Shown: positions 9,505 to 20,850 of the stretch, one piece after another | Numbering within the stretch: position 1 is the first letter of the stretch | How the letters are laid out: every line of letters begins with the position of its first letter | Notes under the pieces: model-generated | What the model was told of the DNA's origin: nothing | Seen by the model: only the letters and a program-made list of their open reading frames with translations | Database searches by the model: none | Program-made: the position numbers and the translations under genes | NCBI GenBank assembly: GCA_963699755.1 | Contig: CAVOVB010000001.1 | Span: forward strand, 576,001 to 640,000 | Reading direction: 5' to 3' | From: an uncultured delta proteobacterium | GTDB lineage: Bacteria > Myxococcota_A > Polyangia > Polyangiales > Houyiibacteriaceae | DNA: 64,000 nt

Positions 9505-9505
<1 letters not shown>
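8753..9505 (-). CDS. sufC: Fe-S assembly ATPase SufC
   Basis: GPNGSGKST, FSGGEKKRNE, LDETDSGLD; start at MLKIEDLH (9505). Confidence 0.97.
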
Positions 9506-10953
<1,448 letters not shown>

Positions 10954-10966
10954 GAGTCACTCCAAC

Positions 10967-11458
10967 TTAGCGGACATCGCTGCTCTGGGTGCCGGCGGCG
11001 CGCATCCGCTCAGCGTCTTTGCTCGAGCGGGCAATCGACACGAGCTCCGCCGCGCCGTGGAACGCCATGTCGGCCAGGCTGATAGAGGAAAGCGCGCGAT
11101 GAACCGCGAGGTTGATACGCTGCCAATTGGCCCGCACCCCGCAGTTTGTTTCGTACTCGCAAGAAGAGTGGGCGCTGTCGTCCGAGCACTCGGTCACCGC
11201 AATAGGGCCTTCGATCGCTTCGATGACTTCGTTGACGCCGATCTCCTCGGCAGGGCGAGCAAGCGCATAGCCACCCTTCGCTCCCCGCTGCGAAATCACG
11301 ACGCCAGCACGCGCCAGCTTCTTCAGGACCTTGCTCGCCGTCGGCTCCGGGATCTGGGTCTGCAAGGCCAAGTCGCGGGCTGCATGTGCCCCATCGGCCG
11401 CGGCCAGCTGCGTGGCCAGCATGACTCCGTAATCGGTCATTTTAGAAATTCGCAGCAT
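10967..11458 (-). CDS. Rrf2-family (IscR/SufR-like) regulator of the suf operon
   Basis: MLRISKMTDYG, SQRGAKGGY, three Cys in ECSDDSAHSSCEYETNC; first gene of the suf operon. Confidence 0.93.
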   Translation of the reverse strand: MLRISKMTDYGVMLATQLAAADGAHAARDLALQTQIPEPTASKVLKKLARAGVVISQRGAKGGYALARPAEEIGVNEVIEAIEGPIAVTECSDDSAHSSCEYETNCGVRANWQRINLAVHRALSSISLADMAFHGAAELVSIARSSKDAERMRAAGTQSSDVR

Positions 11459-11470
11459 TTTCAGAGACTT

Positions 11471-11529
11471 ACATATCGGACTGCATCGGTCCCATATGTG
11501 GATCTAGAGTACGGCTGCCTGAGTGTCAA
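11471..11529 (-). promoter_or_regulatory. suf promoter with adjacent palindromic operator
   Basis: TTGACA-N17-TAGATC (11529-11501), then inverted repeat ACATATCGGAC-N7-GTCCCATATGT (11471-11499, one mismatch). Confidence 0.7.
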
Positions 11530-11538
11530 GGTAGGCCA

Positions 11539-12093
11539 ATGGCCAAGACCTTCGACGCGTTCAACGAGAAGCTCCGGGGCTTCATCGATCAGCAGAAGAT
11601 GTTCTTCGTGGCGACCGCACCGTTGACGGCAGACGGCCACGTCAACGTCTCGCCGAAAGGTCTCGCGGGAACCTTGGCCGTGCTCGACGACCGGACCATC
11701 GCGTATTTGGATTTCACCGGGAGCGGCGTCGAAACGATCGCGCACCTCCGCGAGAACGGCCGCATCTGCGTGATGTTCTGTGCATTTGAAGGCCCGCCGA
11801 GAATCGTCCGCGTGCACGGCGTCGGAGATGTCGTGGAGCCAAGCGAGGACGAGTTCGGAGGCTTGCGTCAGCAGTTCGAGGACTACCCTGGGGTTCGCTC
11901 GATCATTCGCGTTCGCGCAAGCCGCATCAGCGACTCCTGCGGCTACGGCGTACCCCTATACGACTACCGAGGCGAGCGCGATCAACTTCCGCGCTGGGCG
12001 CATAACAAGGGCGAGGTTGGTCTCGCCAACTACCAGCAGGAGAACAACGCCGAGAGCCTCGACGGACTACCGAGCCTGCTCGGGAACCATTAG
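11539..12093 (+). CDS. Pyridoxamine 5'-phosphate oxidase-family FMN-binding protein
   Basis: FFVATAP, VNVSPKG, YLDFTGSGVETIAHL, SCGYGVP. Confidence 0.9.
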   Translation: MAKTFDAFNEKLRGFIDQQKMFFVATAPLTADGHVNVSPKGLAGTLAVLDDRTIAYLDFTGSGVETIAHLRENGRICVMFCAFEGPPRIVRVHGVGDVVEPSEDEFGGLRQQFEDYPGVRSIIRVRASRISDSCGYGVPLYDYRGERDQLPRWAHNKGEVGLANYQQENNAESLDGLPSLLGNH

Positions 12094-13002
12094 GATCGGC
12101 ATGGGAGAGACCCGAAGGCAACGCGCAGCCGTGCTTCCGACCAGCAATCGGCCGAGCACACCCTGCCGGTGCGTGCCAACGACCATGATGTCGGCCTGCA
12201 CCTCCTTGGCCGCTTTACACATCGCATGCGAGGCATAATCCGCTGAAACGACTTGATGAAGCTGGGCGCCAGGCGCGTGCTCGTCGATGTACGCCTCGAG
12301 TTTCTTACCGGCTTCGAGCTTGCTTTGGTCGCGCAAGACCTGGCGCCAGGTGCGCTCCTCGTCGGGCTTTTCCTCGCCCCCCGCGGGGATCACGACGTTG
12401 GCAATGTGTAGCTCGCCGTGCACGCGCGCAGCCGCGCGCTTCGCCCAGGTGACGGCAGCCAAAGACGATGCCGAGAAGTCGGTGCCGACGAACCAGGTGG
12501 CGCCCTCGAGAGCTTCGGGAATCGGACTGTCCCCGGTCGCGACGAAGACCGGGCGGTCGGCCGCGCGGATCACACGCTCGACGGTCGATCCGAGAACGAG
12601 CTCGTTGGTCCCTCTACTTTCGACCGATCGAGACCCGCTCGACCCATACGCGCCGATGATGATGAGGAACGAACCGCGTTCGCCCGCCAGCTCGGGAATG
12701 ATTCGCCAAGGACGTCCACGGACGACGAACGCTTCGCACTCGACGCCGGCCGCGAGGCAACGCCCCTGCTCTTTTCGAAGCTCGGCCTCGAGGGAGGCCT
12801 CGTAGATCGTGGCATCTTGCCTCGCTGCTTCGGTCGCCTCCTGAAGCTCCGGGGACTCGGGCCACCAAGAGTCCGCGTCGTCGAGAACGTGGACCAGGTC
12901 GATCCGCGCCCCAAAGGCTTTGGCCGCCGCAATCGCAAGATCAACGGTTCGGGGACCCGCCGAGGTCAGATCGTCTGCACAAAGGATGCTCGCTCCTGCC
13001 AT
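12067..13002 (-). CDS. Universal stress protein (two USP domains)
   Basis: LVLGSTVERVIR and LLVGSTAARCLR; start moved to 13002. Confidence 0.9.
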   Translation of the reverse strand: MAGASILCADDLTSAGPRTVDLAIAAAKAFGARIDLVHVLDDADSWWPESPELQEATEAARQDATIYEASLEAELRKEQGRCLAAGVECEAFVVRGRPWRIIPELAGERGSFLIIIGAYGSSGSRSVESRGTNELVLGSTVERVIRAADRPVFVATGDSPIPEALEGATWFVGTDFSASSLAAVTWAKRAAARVHGELHIANVVIPAGGEEKPDEERTWRQVLRDQSKLEAGKKLEAYIDEHAPGAQLHQVVSADYASHAMCKAAKEVQADIMVVGTHRQGVLGRLLVGSTAARCLRVSPMPILMVPEQAR

Positions 13003-13052
13003 GGGCAAAGCATAGATCAACCCGTTGGAGGCGCACATGGTCAGCGCTAGGC

Positions 13053-14270
13053 TTGATGAAGCCGATGGACCACGCGCCGATTTACATGGACCACCACGCA
13101 ACGACCCCCGTCGACGAGCGGGTCCTCGGGGCGATGCTTCCTTACTTCACCGAGCGGTTCGGCAACGCAGCCAGTCGAACCCACGCCCACGGCCGGGCAG
13201 CCCGGGACGCGACCGAGCACGGACGGGCGGAGCTTGCCGACCTGATCGGGGCCAAGCCCGAAGAGTTGATCTTCACCTCCGGCGCCACCGAAAGCGACAA
13301 TCTGGCGATCCGCGGAATGGCAGAGGCGCGCAAGGGCGACGGCAAACACATCGTCAGCGTCCGCACCGAGCACCGGGCCGTTCTCGACAGCTGCGCCGCC
13401 CTAGAACGAGAGGGTTGGCGCATCACACGGCTTGAAGTCGATGAAGAGGGACTCCTCTCGCCGGACGCGGTCTCCGAAGCGCTCACTGACCAGACCGTAT
13501 TGCTCAGCGTCATGCTTGCCAACAACGAAGTAGGCGTCGCGCAGCGACTCGCGGAAATCGGCGCGATCGCGCGGGAGCGCGGTGTCACATTTCATTGCGA
13601 CGCCGCACAGGGCCTCGGCTACTTGCCTTTCTCGATCGAAGGGATGTCGATCGACTTGGCGAGCTTCTCTGCGCACAAGATGTACGGTCCTAAAGGCGTG
13701 GGCGCGCTCTACGTCCGGAAGGCGTTCCAGACGCGTGGAATGCCGTTGGCGCAGATGCACGGGGGCGGTCACGAGCGCGGGCTTCGTTCCGGCACCCTCA
13801 ATGTGCCCGGCATCGTGGGCTTTGGCGCTGCGGCGGCGATCATGAAGAACGAGGGCAAGGCCGAGGCGGCGCGGATCGAGTCCCTTCGGGACGGCTTGCA
13901 GGATCGGCTCCTCGATTCCCTCGAGGAGGTTCGCCTGAACGGCGCGGCGGGAGCGCGGCATCCAGGAAACCTCAATCTGTCGTTCGGCTACGTAGACGGT
14001 GCGCGTCTGCTCCTCGAGCTCAGCAAAATCGTGTCCGTCTCCACCGGGTCGGCCTGCAGCAGCGCGACCAAAGGCCCGAGCTATGTGCTCGAAGCAATGG
14101 GCGTTCCGAAGGCCTGGAGTGCCGCCTCGGTGCGCTTTGGCCTTGGGCGCCACACGACTGCAGACGAGGTCCAAACCGTTGCCGGTGCCGTGATCGAGAC
14201 CGTAGGCCGGCTCAGGGAGCGCTCCCCGCTCTGGGCGCGGAAGGCGAGTGGAAAGCCCGTCGACTGGTGA
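13053..14270 (+). CDS. iscS: Cysteine desulfurase, IscS type
   Basis: YMDHHATTP, FTSGATES, SAHKMYGPKG, STGSACSS (group I). Confidence 0.9.
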   Translation: MMKPMDHAPIYMDHHATTPVDERVLGAMLPYFTERFGNAASRTHAHGRAARDATEHGRAELADLIGAKPEELIFTSGATESDNLAIRGMAEARKGDGKHIVSVRTEHRAVLDSCAALEREGWRITRLEVDEEGLLSPDAVSEALTDQTVLLSVMLANNEVGVAQRLAEIGAIARERGVTFHCDAAQGLGYLPFSIEGMSIDLASFSAHKMYGPKGVGALYVRKAFQTRGMPLAQMHGGGHERGLRSGTLNVPGIVGFGAAAAIMKNEGKAEAARIESLRDGLQDRLLDSLEEVRLNGAAGARHPGNLNLSFGYVDGARLLLELSKIVSVSTGSACSSATKGPSYVLEAMGVPKAWSAASVRFGLGRHTTADEVQTVAGAVIETVGRLRERSPLWARKASGKPVDW

Positions 14271-14320
14271 CGGAGCGTTGATGCTGGCGAAACCCGGCCT
14301 CCCGCCTTACATAGAGAGAG

Positions 14321-14665
14321 ATGAGCGAAGCGAAGGGCATCACATTGACACCCAAGGCCGTTCAAATGGCCAAACAGAAGGTGGCGGACGCCGGCGAGCC
14401 CGTCGAAGGCTTGCGACTCGGCGTCAAAGGCGGCGGCTGCTCTGGGTATTATTACGTGTACGACTTCGCCAAGAAGATTCGCCCCAACAAGGACCTGGTG
14501 TTCGAGTTCGACGGCCTCAAAGTAATCGTCGACGACCGGAGCATCGAGTTCCTCGCAGGCGCAGTGCTCGACTGGGAGTCCGGCTTGATGAGCTACGGCT
14601 TCAAATGGAAGAACCCGAACGCCACAGGTGACTGCGGCTGCGGCGAGTCTTTTGAAGTCAGCTAG
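14321..14665 (+). CDS. iscA: A-type Fe-S carrier (IscA/HesB)
   Basis: GVKGGGCSG and CGCGESF. Confidence 0.92.
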   Translation: MSEAKGITLTPKAVQMAKQKVADAGEPVEGLRLGVKGGGCSGYYYVYDFAKKIRPNKDLVFEFDGLKVIVDDRSIEFLAGAVLDWESGLMSYGFKWKNPNATGDCGCGESFEVS

Positions 14666-15882
14666 AAACCCTCTTCGAGCGGCACTGGGATTGGATTGGG
14701 GAGGTCGGCGTAGGGCCGGAGGTCCTCAGCGCTGCAATCTCCGGGAAGCGCCGCGGGCGAGCTCAGCTCGACCGAGCGACAGCAACGGCCGAACGCAGGC
14801 TGGGCGCCGCCACTCGCCTCTGCGCAGGGCTCGGGAAGGGGGAGCTCGACCGGGGCAACTCGGTCGGCGATGCGCGCCCGAATTCCCTGGAAGCTGAACG
14901 CGATGCCGATTGCAGTGCAATCGTCATCCGGGCTCCCGACGGTTGGATCCGCGCGGAGATCCAGATTGTCGGTGAGCAGGCCAAGGACGCTCCCTTGGAG
15001 AGTTTCGTCACAAATGCCAAGTGGCCCTAGGGCGCCAACCAGCTTGCCGGCCGGGAAACGGCCTGCGATCAGGCCCTTGTCCAGGGTTTGTCCGTCGTCA
15101 CTGATATCCGCGACCACGAAGCCGTTGAGCGCAATGGAGAAACTGCCGGGGCCGGTCAGAAACACGAACGTCGAGCCCGCATCCAAGGGAAACACGATGC
15201 GACCGTTGCTGACATAGGCGTCGGTCTGCCAAACCACCGAACGGTCGAGGTCTCCCGTAATCAGGGTGGACGGATCGACGAAAAAGTAGTCGTCGCCATC
15301 CCAGGCTGGGTTGGGAGCCTCTCCCGCGGAGCCAGGCAGCATCAGACTGGAACCGTCGCTCCCCCCCCACTCCAATTCGGAAACATCGTCGAGGGAAGTT
15401 CCATCGACGGCGGAGAAGGTGGACATGTCGACCTTCGCGTCGTTCGGGGTACCGTTCCATCCGCGCAGCCGGAGAAGGACGGTCCCACGACCGAGCCCCT
15501 GGTGCAGGGCAATGTTGTCCTCGAGGCAGGCGAGCAAGCTCACGACCGTGGGTAGAACGTACTGACCGAACGCGTTGTCGATCCCCTTTTCCCCGTCGAG
15601 CGGAGGGCTCCCGTTGGCCGCAACACATTCAGCGGCGTCCACGATCGTCGTCGTATTCATCCCATCCAAGTCGAGCCCAAAGCGGCGCCAACGATCGCCC
15701 GATTGATCGAGCGAAACGTTGCGGAAGGCAAAGACTGCTTCGACATCGTCGGCCTCGCTGCTCGTGGAAGAAGGAGGCCTGTCCGGAACCCCGGCGAGTC
15801 CCTTCTCGACCAGCTGGGCGTCGTAGACGCTACAGGCGGTGGCAAACAGCAGAAGCAGCGGGAGATGGAGAGGAGTCTTCAT
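14662..15882 (-). CDS. Lipoprotein of unknown function (GLDLDG...GIDN family)
   Basis: Lipobox FATAC, GLDLDG and GIDNAFG motifs, several Cys. Confidence 0.75.
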   Translation of the reverse strand: MKTPLHLPLLLLFATACSVYDAQLVEKGLAGVPDRPPSSTSSEADDVEAVFAFRNVSLDQSGDRWRRFGLDLDGMNTTTIVDAAECVAANGSPPLDGEKGIDNAFGQYVLPTVVSLLACLEDNIALHQGLGRGTVLLRLRGWNGTPNDAKVDMSTFSAVDGTSLDDVSELEWGGSDGSSLMLPGSAGEAPNPAWDGDDYFFVDPSTLITGDLDRSVVWQTDAYVSNGRIVFPLDAGSTFVFLTGPGSFSIALNGFVVADISDDGQTLDKGLIAGRFPAGKLVGALGPLGICDETLQGSVLGLLTDNLDLRADPTVGSPDDDCTAIGIAFSFQGIRARIADRVAPVELPLPEPCAEASGGAQPAFGRCCRSVELSSPAALPGDCSAEDLRPYADLPNPIPVPLEEGF

Positions 15883-16010
15883 GGGTCCACGCCCAATCCA
15901 GGGCGCCAAAAATATGATTACAACATAATGTCACAGTGAAAGAAGAGCCGGCAAGACTGAGAGATACCTCACGAATACTCGGCTGAGACAGGTCCGGAGC
16001 TCGAGTCCGG

Positions 16011-16973
16011 CTAGGGGTCGACCGGGGCATCGGATGCCGGACGGCGCGACCAGACCGCGGCCAGCGCGCTTCCGATGATGCAATGGGTGACCGCGGAGAT
16101 CGCGCTTGGAATGGCGGTGAGCGGGTTGGCGAAGTGAGCCTGCGCCAGCACCGCGGCCAAGCCCGAGTTTTGCATGCCGACTTCGATCGAGGTCGTGCGT
16201 GCGACGCTCCCAAAGCCTCCACTCAGACCTCCGAACAGGTAGCCCAAAAAGAAGCCCAAGGCGTGGGCGGTGACCACGGCGCCGAGCAACTGCAGGCCGG
16301 ATTCGAGCACCGCGTCTTTGCGTGCACCGAGGATGGCCGAAACGATCAAGACGATCATGAGCACCGCCGCGGCGGGCGCGACCGGGAGCAGCTTCTCGGT
16401 GAGCTTTCGCAAATAGCGGCGCATGAAGAGCCCAACTGCAACCGGCAGCAGGACCACCTTCGCCGTGCTGAGGAAGAGGGCCCAGCCATCGACCTCGACG
16501 CGACTGCCCACGATCCACGTCGTGAGCAGGGGCGTGCACGCTGCTGCAAGCATCGTCGAGAACGCGGTCATCGAAACCGAGAGCGCTACATCCGCCTTCG
16601 CCAAGTAGGCGATCACGTTGGACGCGGTTCCACCCGGACAGCAACACACGAGCACCAGGCCAACCGCAAATGCCGGCGGCAGTTGAAACAGGCAACCCAC
16701 GCCCCAGCCGAGCGAGGGCATGACGGTGTACTGCAGGAGCACTCCCCAGAGAATCGGTGCCGGAGCACGAAAAATGCGGGAAAAATCGGAGAGCTCGAGA
16801 GTGAGCCCCATCCCAAGCATGATGACCTGGAGCCCTGGGCTGATGAGTCCATACTCGAGGAACCACTCGAACGCCGGCGGGTAGACGAGCGCGAAGACCG
16901 CACCGAGGGTGACCCAAAGGGGAAAGAGCCGAACGAACGCAGCCACGATCTCGCGATGTAGCACAGCGCGCAT
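16011..16973 (-). CDS. Bile acid:sodium symporter (BASS) family transporter
   Basis: MLGMGLTL, CCPGGTASNV, SIEVGMQNSGL. Confidence 0.93.
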   Translation of the reverse strand: MRAVLHREIVAAFVRLFPLWVTLGAVFALVYPPAFEWFLEYGLISPGLQVIMLGMGLTLELSDFSRIFRAPAPILWGVLLQYTVMPSLGWGVGCLFQLPPAFAVGLVLVCCCPGGTASNVIAYLAKADVALSVSMTAFSTMLAAACTPLLTTWIVGSRVEVDGWALFLSTAKVVLLPVAVGLFMRRYLRKLTEKLLPVAPAAAVLMIVLIVSAILGARKDAVLESGLQLLGAVVTAHALGFFLGYLFGGLSGGFGSVARTTSIEVGMQNSGLAAVLAQAHFANPLTAIPSAISAVTHCIIGSALAAVWSRRPASDAPVDP

Positions 16974-17027
16974 CCTGCCGGGCCACGCGAGACGTGGACG
17001 CGCTTCCATGCTAGAAGTCCGGCTCTC

Positions 17028-18095
17028 ATGTTCCGCCCACCCACCGACGATGTTCGGATCGAAGGTCTTCGCCCGCTGATCCCACCTGCCATCTTGATGG
17101 AGGAAATACACCCAGGCGACGAAGCCATTGCTCGGATTGCAAAGGCACGACGGGAGATCAGCGACATCGTGCACGGCAAGGACGACCGGCTGCTGCTCGT
17201 CGTCGGTCCTTGCTCGATTCACGACTCGGACGCGGCGCTCGAGTATGCCGAGCGGCTCAATGTGCTGCGCGAGCAGCACGCCCAGGACCTGCTCATCGTG
17301 ATGCGCACCTATTTCGAGAAGCCACGCACCACGGTCGGATGGAAAGGGCTGATCAACGATCCCAACCTCGACGGAAGCTTCGACATCAATCGCGGCCTGC
17401 GCGTGGCGCGTGGTTTTCTAAGCGCGCTCGCAGAGATGGGGCTGCCAACCGGAACCGAGTTCCTCGATCCGATTTCGCCCCAGTTCGTCGCGGACCTCGT
17501 GTCCTGGGGAGCGATTGGCGCGCGAACCACCGAGAGCCAGGTACATCGCGAGCTGGCGAGCGGCTTGTCGATGCCGGTGGGCTTCAAGAATGGGACGCGA
17601 GGGACGGTTCTCATCGCGGTCGAAGCCGTGAAGGCCGCCCGCAACCCACATCATTTCCTTTCCGTCACCAAGCAAGGCCTGACGGCCATCGTCGCGACGA
17701 AGGGCAATTTGGATTGCCACGTCATCCTGCGAGGCGGCGGCGGCAAGCCGAACTACCAGCCCGAGCACATCGCATCCACGGTAGAGATGCTCGAGGCGGC
17801 CGGGCTCGAGGGTCGACTCATGGTGGACTGTAGTCACGCCAACAGCCAGAAGGATCACGAAAAGCAGGTCGGCGTCGCGATGGCAATCGGCCAGCAAGTC
17901 GCGCAAGGCAGTCGCGGGGTATTCGGTGTGATGCTGGAGAGCTTTCTGGTCAGCGGCCGTCAGGACATCAAGCCCGGCACCGAGCTCACCTACGGGCAAA
18001 GCATCACCGACGCCTGCATGAGCTGGGATGCCACCGTGCCAGTCATCGAGGGCCTCGCCGATTCCGCGCGAAAGCGCCGCAACGCGGGGGGCTAA
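17028..18095 (+). CDS. aroG: DAHP synthase, type I-alpha (AroF/G/H family)
   Basis: GPCSIHD, YFEKPRTTVGWKG, IGARTTESQVHR, DCSHANS, YGQSITDAC. Isoenzyme assignment uncertain. Confidence 0.95.
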   Translation: MFRPPTDDVRIEGLRPLIPPAILMEEIHPGDEAIARIAKARREISDIVHGKDDRLLLVVGPCSIHDSDAALEYAERLNVLREQHAQDLLIVMRTYFEKPRTTVGWKGLINDPNLDGSFDINRGLRVARGFLSALAEMGLPTGTEFLDPISPQFVADLVSWGAIGARTTESQVHRELASGLSMPVGFKNGTRGTVLIAVEAVKAARNPHHFLSVTKQGLTAIVATKGNLDCHVILRGGGGKPNYQPEHIASTVEMLEAAGLEGRLMVDCSHANSQKDHEKQVGVAMAIGQQVAQGSRGVFGVMLESFLVSGRQDIKPGTELTYGQSITDACMSWDATVPVIEGLADSARKRRNAGG

Positions 18096-18108
18096 GAGGC
18101 CCGGGGCT

Positions 18109-18690
18109 CTAGAACCCCTCGGGTACGGGTACGGAAATCCGGACGGCGCCGGAGAGCGAATCGAAGCGTGCTGCTTCGAGGGCCTTCTCGGGAGCGTCGC
18201 AGGCGTCGAGGCGGGCCTTGCCCGCGAGCCATTGGCTTGGACAACAGAAATCAGGCGCGATCGAGCTCGGTTGCGTCGTTTTTGGGCGAGCTCAGGATGT
18301 CCGCGAACTGGTCGATGAGGGACTCCATCAGCTCGCATCGAAGCTGCAGAGGCCCACCTTCGGCGTGATGTCGGTGAGTCTTTCGAGGGTCAACCGACCG
18401 GCGAAAAGACCGTGATGGAGCTGTATATGTCTTCGCTACTGGTGCGTCGACCGAGTTGGTGAGCGCGACCGTGACGCTCGCATCGGTGCCGGTCCCGTTC
18501 CAAACTCGAACCCAAAGAAGGACCGCGCCGATCCCGCGCCCTTGCCTCAACGCCAGGTTGTCTTCGAGGCAGGGCAGAGCGACAGTCGTCGTAGGGAGAA
18601 GATGTTTACCAATCGCGTTGCTGAGCGCGCGCACTTCGTCGCAGCTGCTGCCCGCTACGACAGGGTAGCGAGCCAGGCATGGAGGCAAAA
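18109..18690 (-). pseudogene. Degraded paralog of the 14662-15882 lipoprotein
   Basis: LPCLEDNLALRQGRGIGAVLLWVRVWNGT matches LACLEDNIALHQGLGRGTVLLRLRGWNGT; C-terminus VPVPEGF* (another frame) matches VPLEEGF*; about half the length and no signal peptide. Confidence 0.8.
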
Positions 18691-18695
18691 AAACC

Positions 18696-19697
18696 CTAGG
18701 CCGAAGGCGCCATCGTGCGAATGAACATCTCCACCATCTCCCAGGGGAGATTCGACGGGAGATTGAGGATCGGAAGGTCGATTCCGTACTCGCGGCGGCG
18801 TTTCAGCTCCAAAATGCAGTATTGGGGGTCGCCCGCAATGCTGAGCGCTTCGATCATCTCGTCGGAGACGGCATCGGCTGCCTGCGAGCGGGTCTTCTTG
18901 TCTCGGTAGAGCTCCTCGACCCGCTTGCACTCGTCGGCGTATCCAAAGCCACTGAGAAGCTCCTTGTAGTAGTCGCCCATGCCGCCGATGTAGAAGGAAA
19001 TGATCTGGCGGGCCTCACGAACCCCTGCATCGCCGAGAGGGATGACCGTCGTGAACGGCGCCGTGACGATCTCGCTCGGGTCACGGCCCGACTTAGCGGC
19101 GCCTTCGGCGATCCAGGCGTGCCCTTGGTCGAGCTTGGTATAGGGCCAGAACGTGGGAATCCAGCCATCGGCGAGCTCACCGATCGAAGTGATCGATTTC
19201 TGTTTGAGCGCGGCCACGTAGATCGGTACCTCGGCGCGCAGTGGTTTCATCGCCAGCTCAAATGGGCGGTAGTCGTGAAGCTTCGCGCCGCTTTCGGTGA
19301 GTTTCTTGCCCGCTAGCAAGGTCTTGGTCACCCGAATCACATCGCGCAGCTGCGTGAGTGGCTGTTTGAACTCGCGTGCGTGAAAGCCTTCGATGACCCG
19401 CTTCCCGCTGGTCCCCATGCCGAGGATGAGCCGGCCTTCGCTAATCTCGTCGACCGTTGCGGCGTTCATCGCCATGAGACCCGGCGACCGGCTGAAGCAA
19501 TTGACGATGGCGGTGCCGATCTTGATCTGCTTGGTGTGTACCGCTATCTCGGTCAGCAGGGAGAAGATCTCGTATCCCCAGGCCTCGGGAATCCAAAACG
19601 AATCGTAACCGAGCTCCTCCGCGAGAACGGCAGCTTTGAGGTAGAGCTTGCGGTCGTAGTTTTTCCAAAATGGGAGAAGCCCGGTTGGTTCGGTCAT
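18696..19697 (-). CDS. LLM-class (luciferase-like) flavin/F420-dependent oxidoreductase
   Basis: [42 protein letters not shown]. Confidence 0.9.
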   Translation of the reverse strand: MTEPTGLLPFWKNYDRKLYLKAAVLAEELGYDSFWIPEAWGYEIFSLLTEIAVHTKQIKIGTAIVNCFSRSPGLMAMNAATVDEISEGRLILGMGTSGKRVIEGFHAREFKQPLTQLRDVIRVTKTLLAGKKLTESGAKLHDYRPFELAMKPLRAEVPIYVAALKQKSITSIGELADGWIPTFWPYTKLDQGHAWIAEGAAKSGRDPSEIVTAPFTTVIPLGDAGVREARQIISFYIGGMGDYYKELLSGFGYADECKRVEELYRDKKTRSQAADAVSDEMIEALSIAGDPQYCILELKRRREYGIDLPILNLPSNLPWEMVEMFIRTMAPSA

Positions 19698-19812
19698 CGA
19701 TTGCCTCCGGAGCTCGGAGTAGACCGTTTGAGATGCGGATTCAAGAGCCCGCTGCCCTTGACAGTCTCCTCCGATCCATGCCACGAGCCTCCCTTCGCAG
19801 GAGCCCACAGGC

Positions 19813-20850
19813 ATGAAGATCGACGCTGGATTGCTGGTCACCGACATGAAGCAAGTCCCGAGCCGAGTCCGCGAGCTCGAAGAGGCGGGGTTCGACGGAT
19901 GCTTCACGTTCGAAGGGCCGCACGAACCGTTCATGCCGCTGGTGCTTGCAGCGGAGCATTCGAAGCTCGAGATCGGAACAGGGCTCGCCATCGCATTCGC
20001 GCGCACCCCCATGACGGTTGCGAACCTGGCTCATGACCTCCAGCAATTTTCGGACGGGCGCTTCTGGCTCGGCCTCGGCTCTCAAATCAAGGCTCACATC
20101 GAGGCACGCTACAGCATGCCCTGGGCGAAACCGGTCTCGCGTATGAAGGAGTTCGTTCGCGCGCTTCGGGCGATCCTCGCGAGCTGGAACGGCAACGAGA
20201 AGCTCGACTTCCGAGGCGAGTTCTACACGCACACCCTGATGCCACCCATTTTCAATCCCGGGCCGGCCAAGGGGGGCCCGCCCGCGATCTATCTCGGGGG
20301 TGTGGGGCCGAAGATGACCGAAGCGGCCGGCGAAGTCGCCGACGGGATGCTCCTACATCCATTCCACACCGAACGCTCGCTCCAAGAAGTCATGCTGCCA
20401 AACTTGCGCAGAGGCTTGGCCGCCTCGGAGCGCAGTGTCTCCGACTTCACCATCTGCGCGCAGGTGCTGGTCGTGACCGGCGCGGACGAGGCCGGCTTCG
20501 AGAACGCGCGGGCGATGACGCGGAACCAGATCGCGTTCTACGCATCGACGCCTGCTTACCTCAGCGTGCTCGCGGCCGAGGGCTGTGGCGAGCTTCAGCC
20601 GGAGCTACGTCGGCTCACCAAGGAGGGCCGTTGGCACGAGATGTCGGCCCTGATCGACGATGAGCTCCTGAACCGAATTGCCGCAGTCGGCACCCCTGGC
20701 GAAGTCGCGGAGATTCTCCATACGCGCTATGGATCATTTGCCGGGCGGCTTGGTTTTTCCTCTCCGTTTCCACTCCCGCAGGACTGCGCATCCGAAATCA
20801 TCAGCGGGCTGCGAAACCGCGCGAAGCCTGCATCAACGACGCCCGTATGA
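19813..20850 (+). CDS. LLM-class, probably F420-dependent, oxidoreductase
   Basis: [40 protein letters not shown]. Confidence 0.9.
   Translation: MKIDAGLLVTDMKQVPSRVRELEEAGFDGCFTFEGPHEPFMPLVLAAEHSKLEIGTGLAIAFARTPMTVANLAHDLQQFSDGRFWLGLGSQIKAHIEARYSMPWAKPVSRMKEFVRALRAILASWNGNEKLDFRGEFYTHTLMPPIFNPGPAKGGPPAIYLGGVGPKMTEAAGEVADGMLLHPFHTERSLQEVMLPNLRRGLAASERSVSDFTICAQVLVVTGADEAGFENARAMTRNQIAFYASTPAYLSVLAAEGCGELQPELRRLTKEGRWHEMSALIDDELLNRIAAVGTPGEVAEILHTRYGSFAGRLGFSSPFPLPQDCASEIISGLRNRAKPASTTPV

Noticed and set aside
15905..15945. AT-rich patch upstream of the lipoprotein as a regulator site
   Set aside because: Probably promoter DNA, but no clear palindrome or consensus could be assigned.
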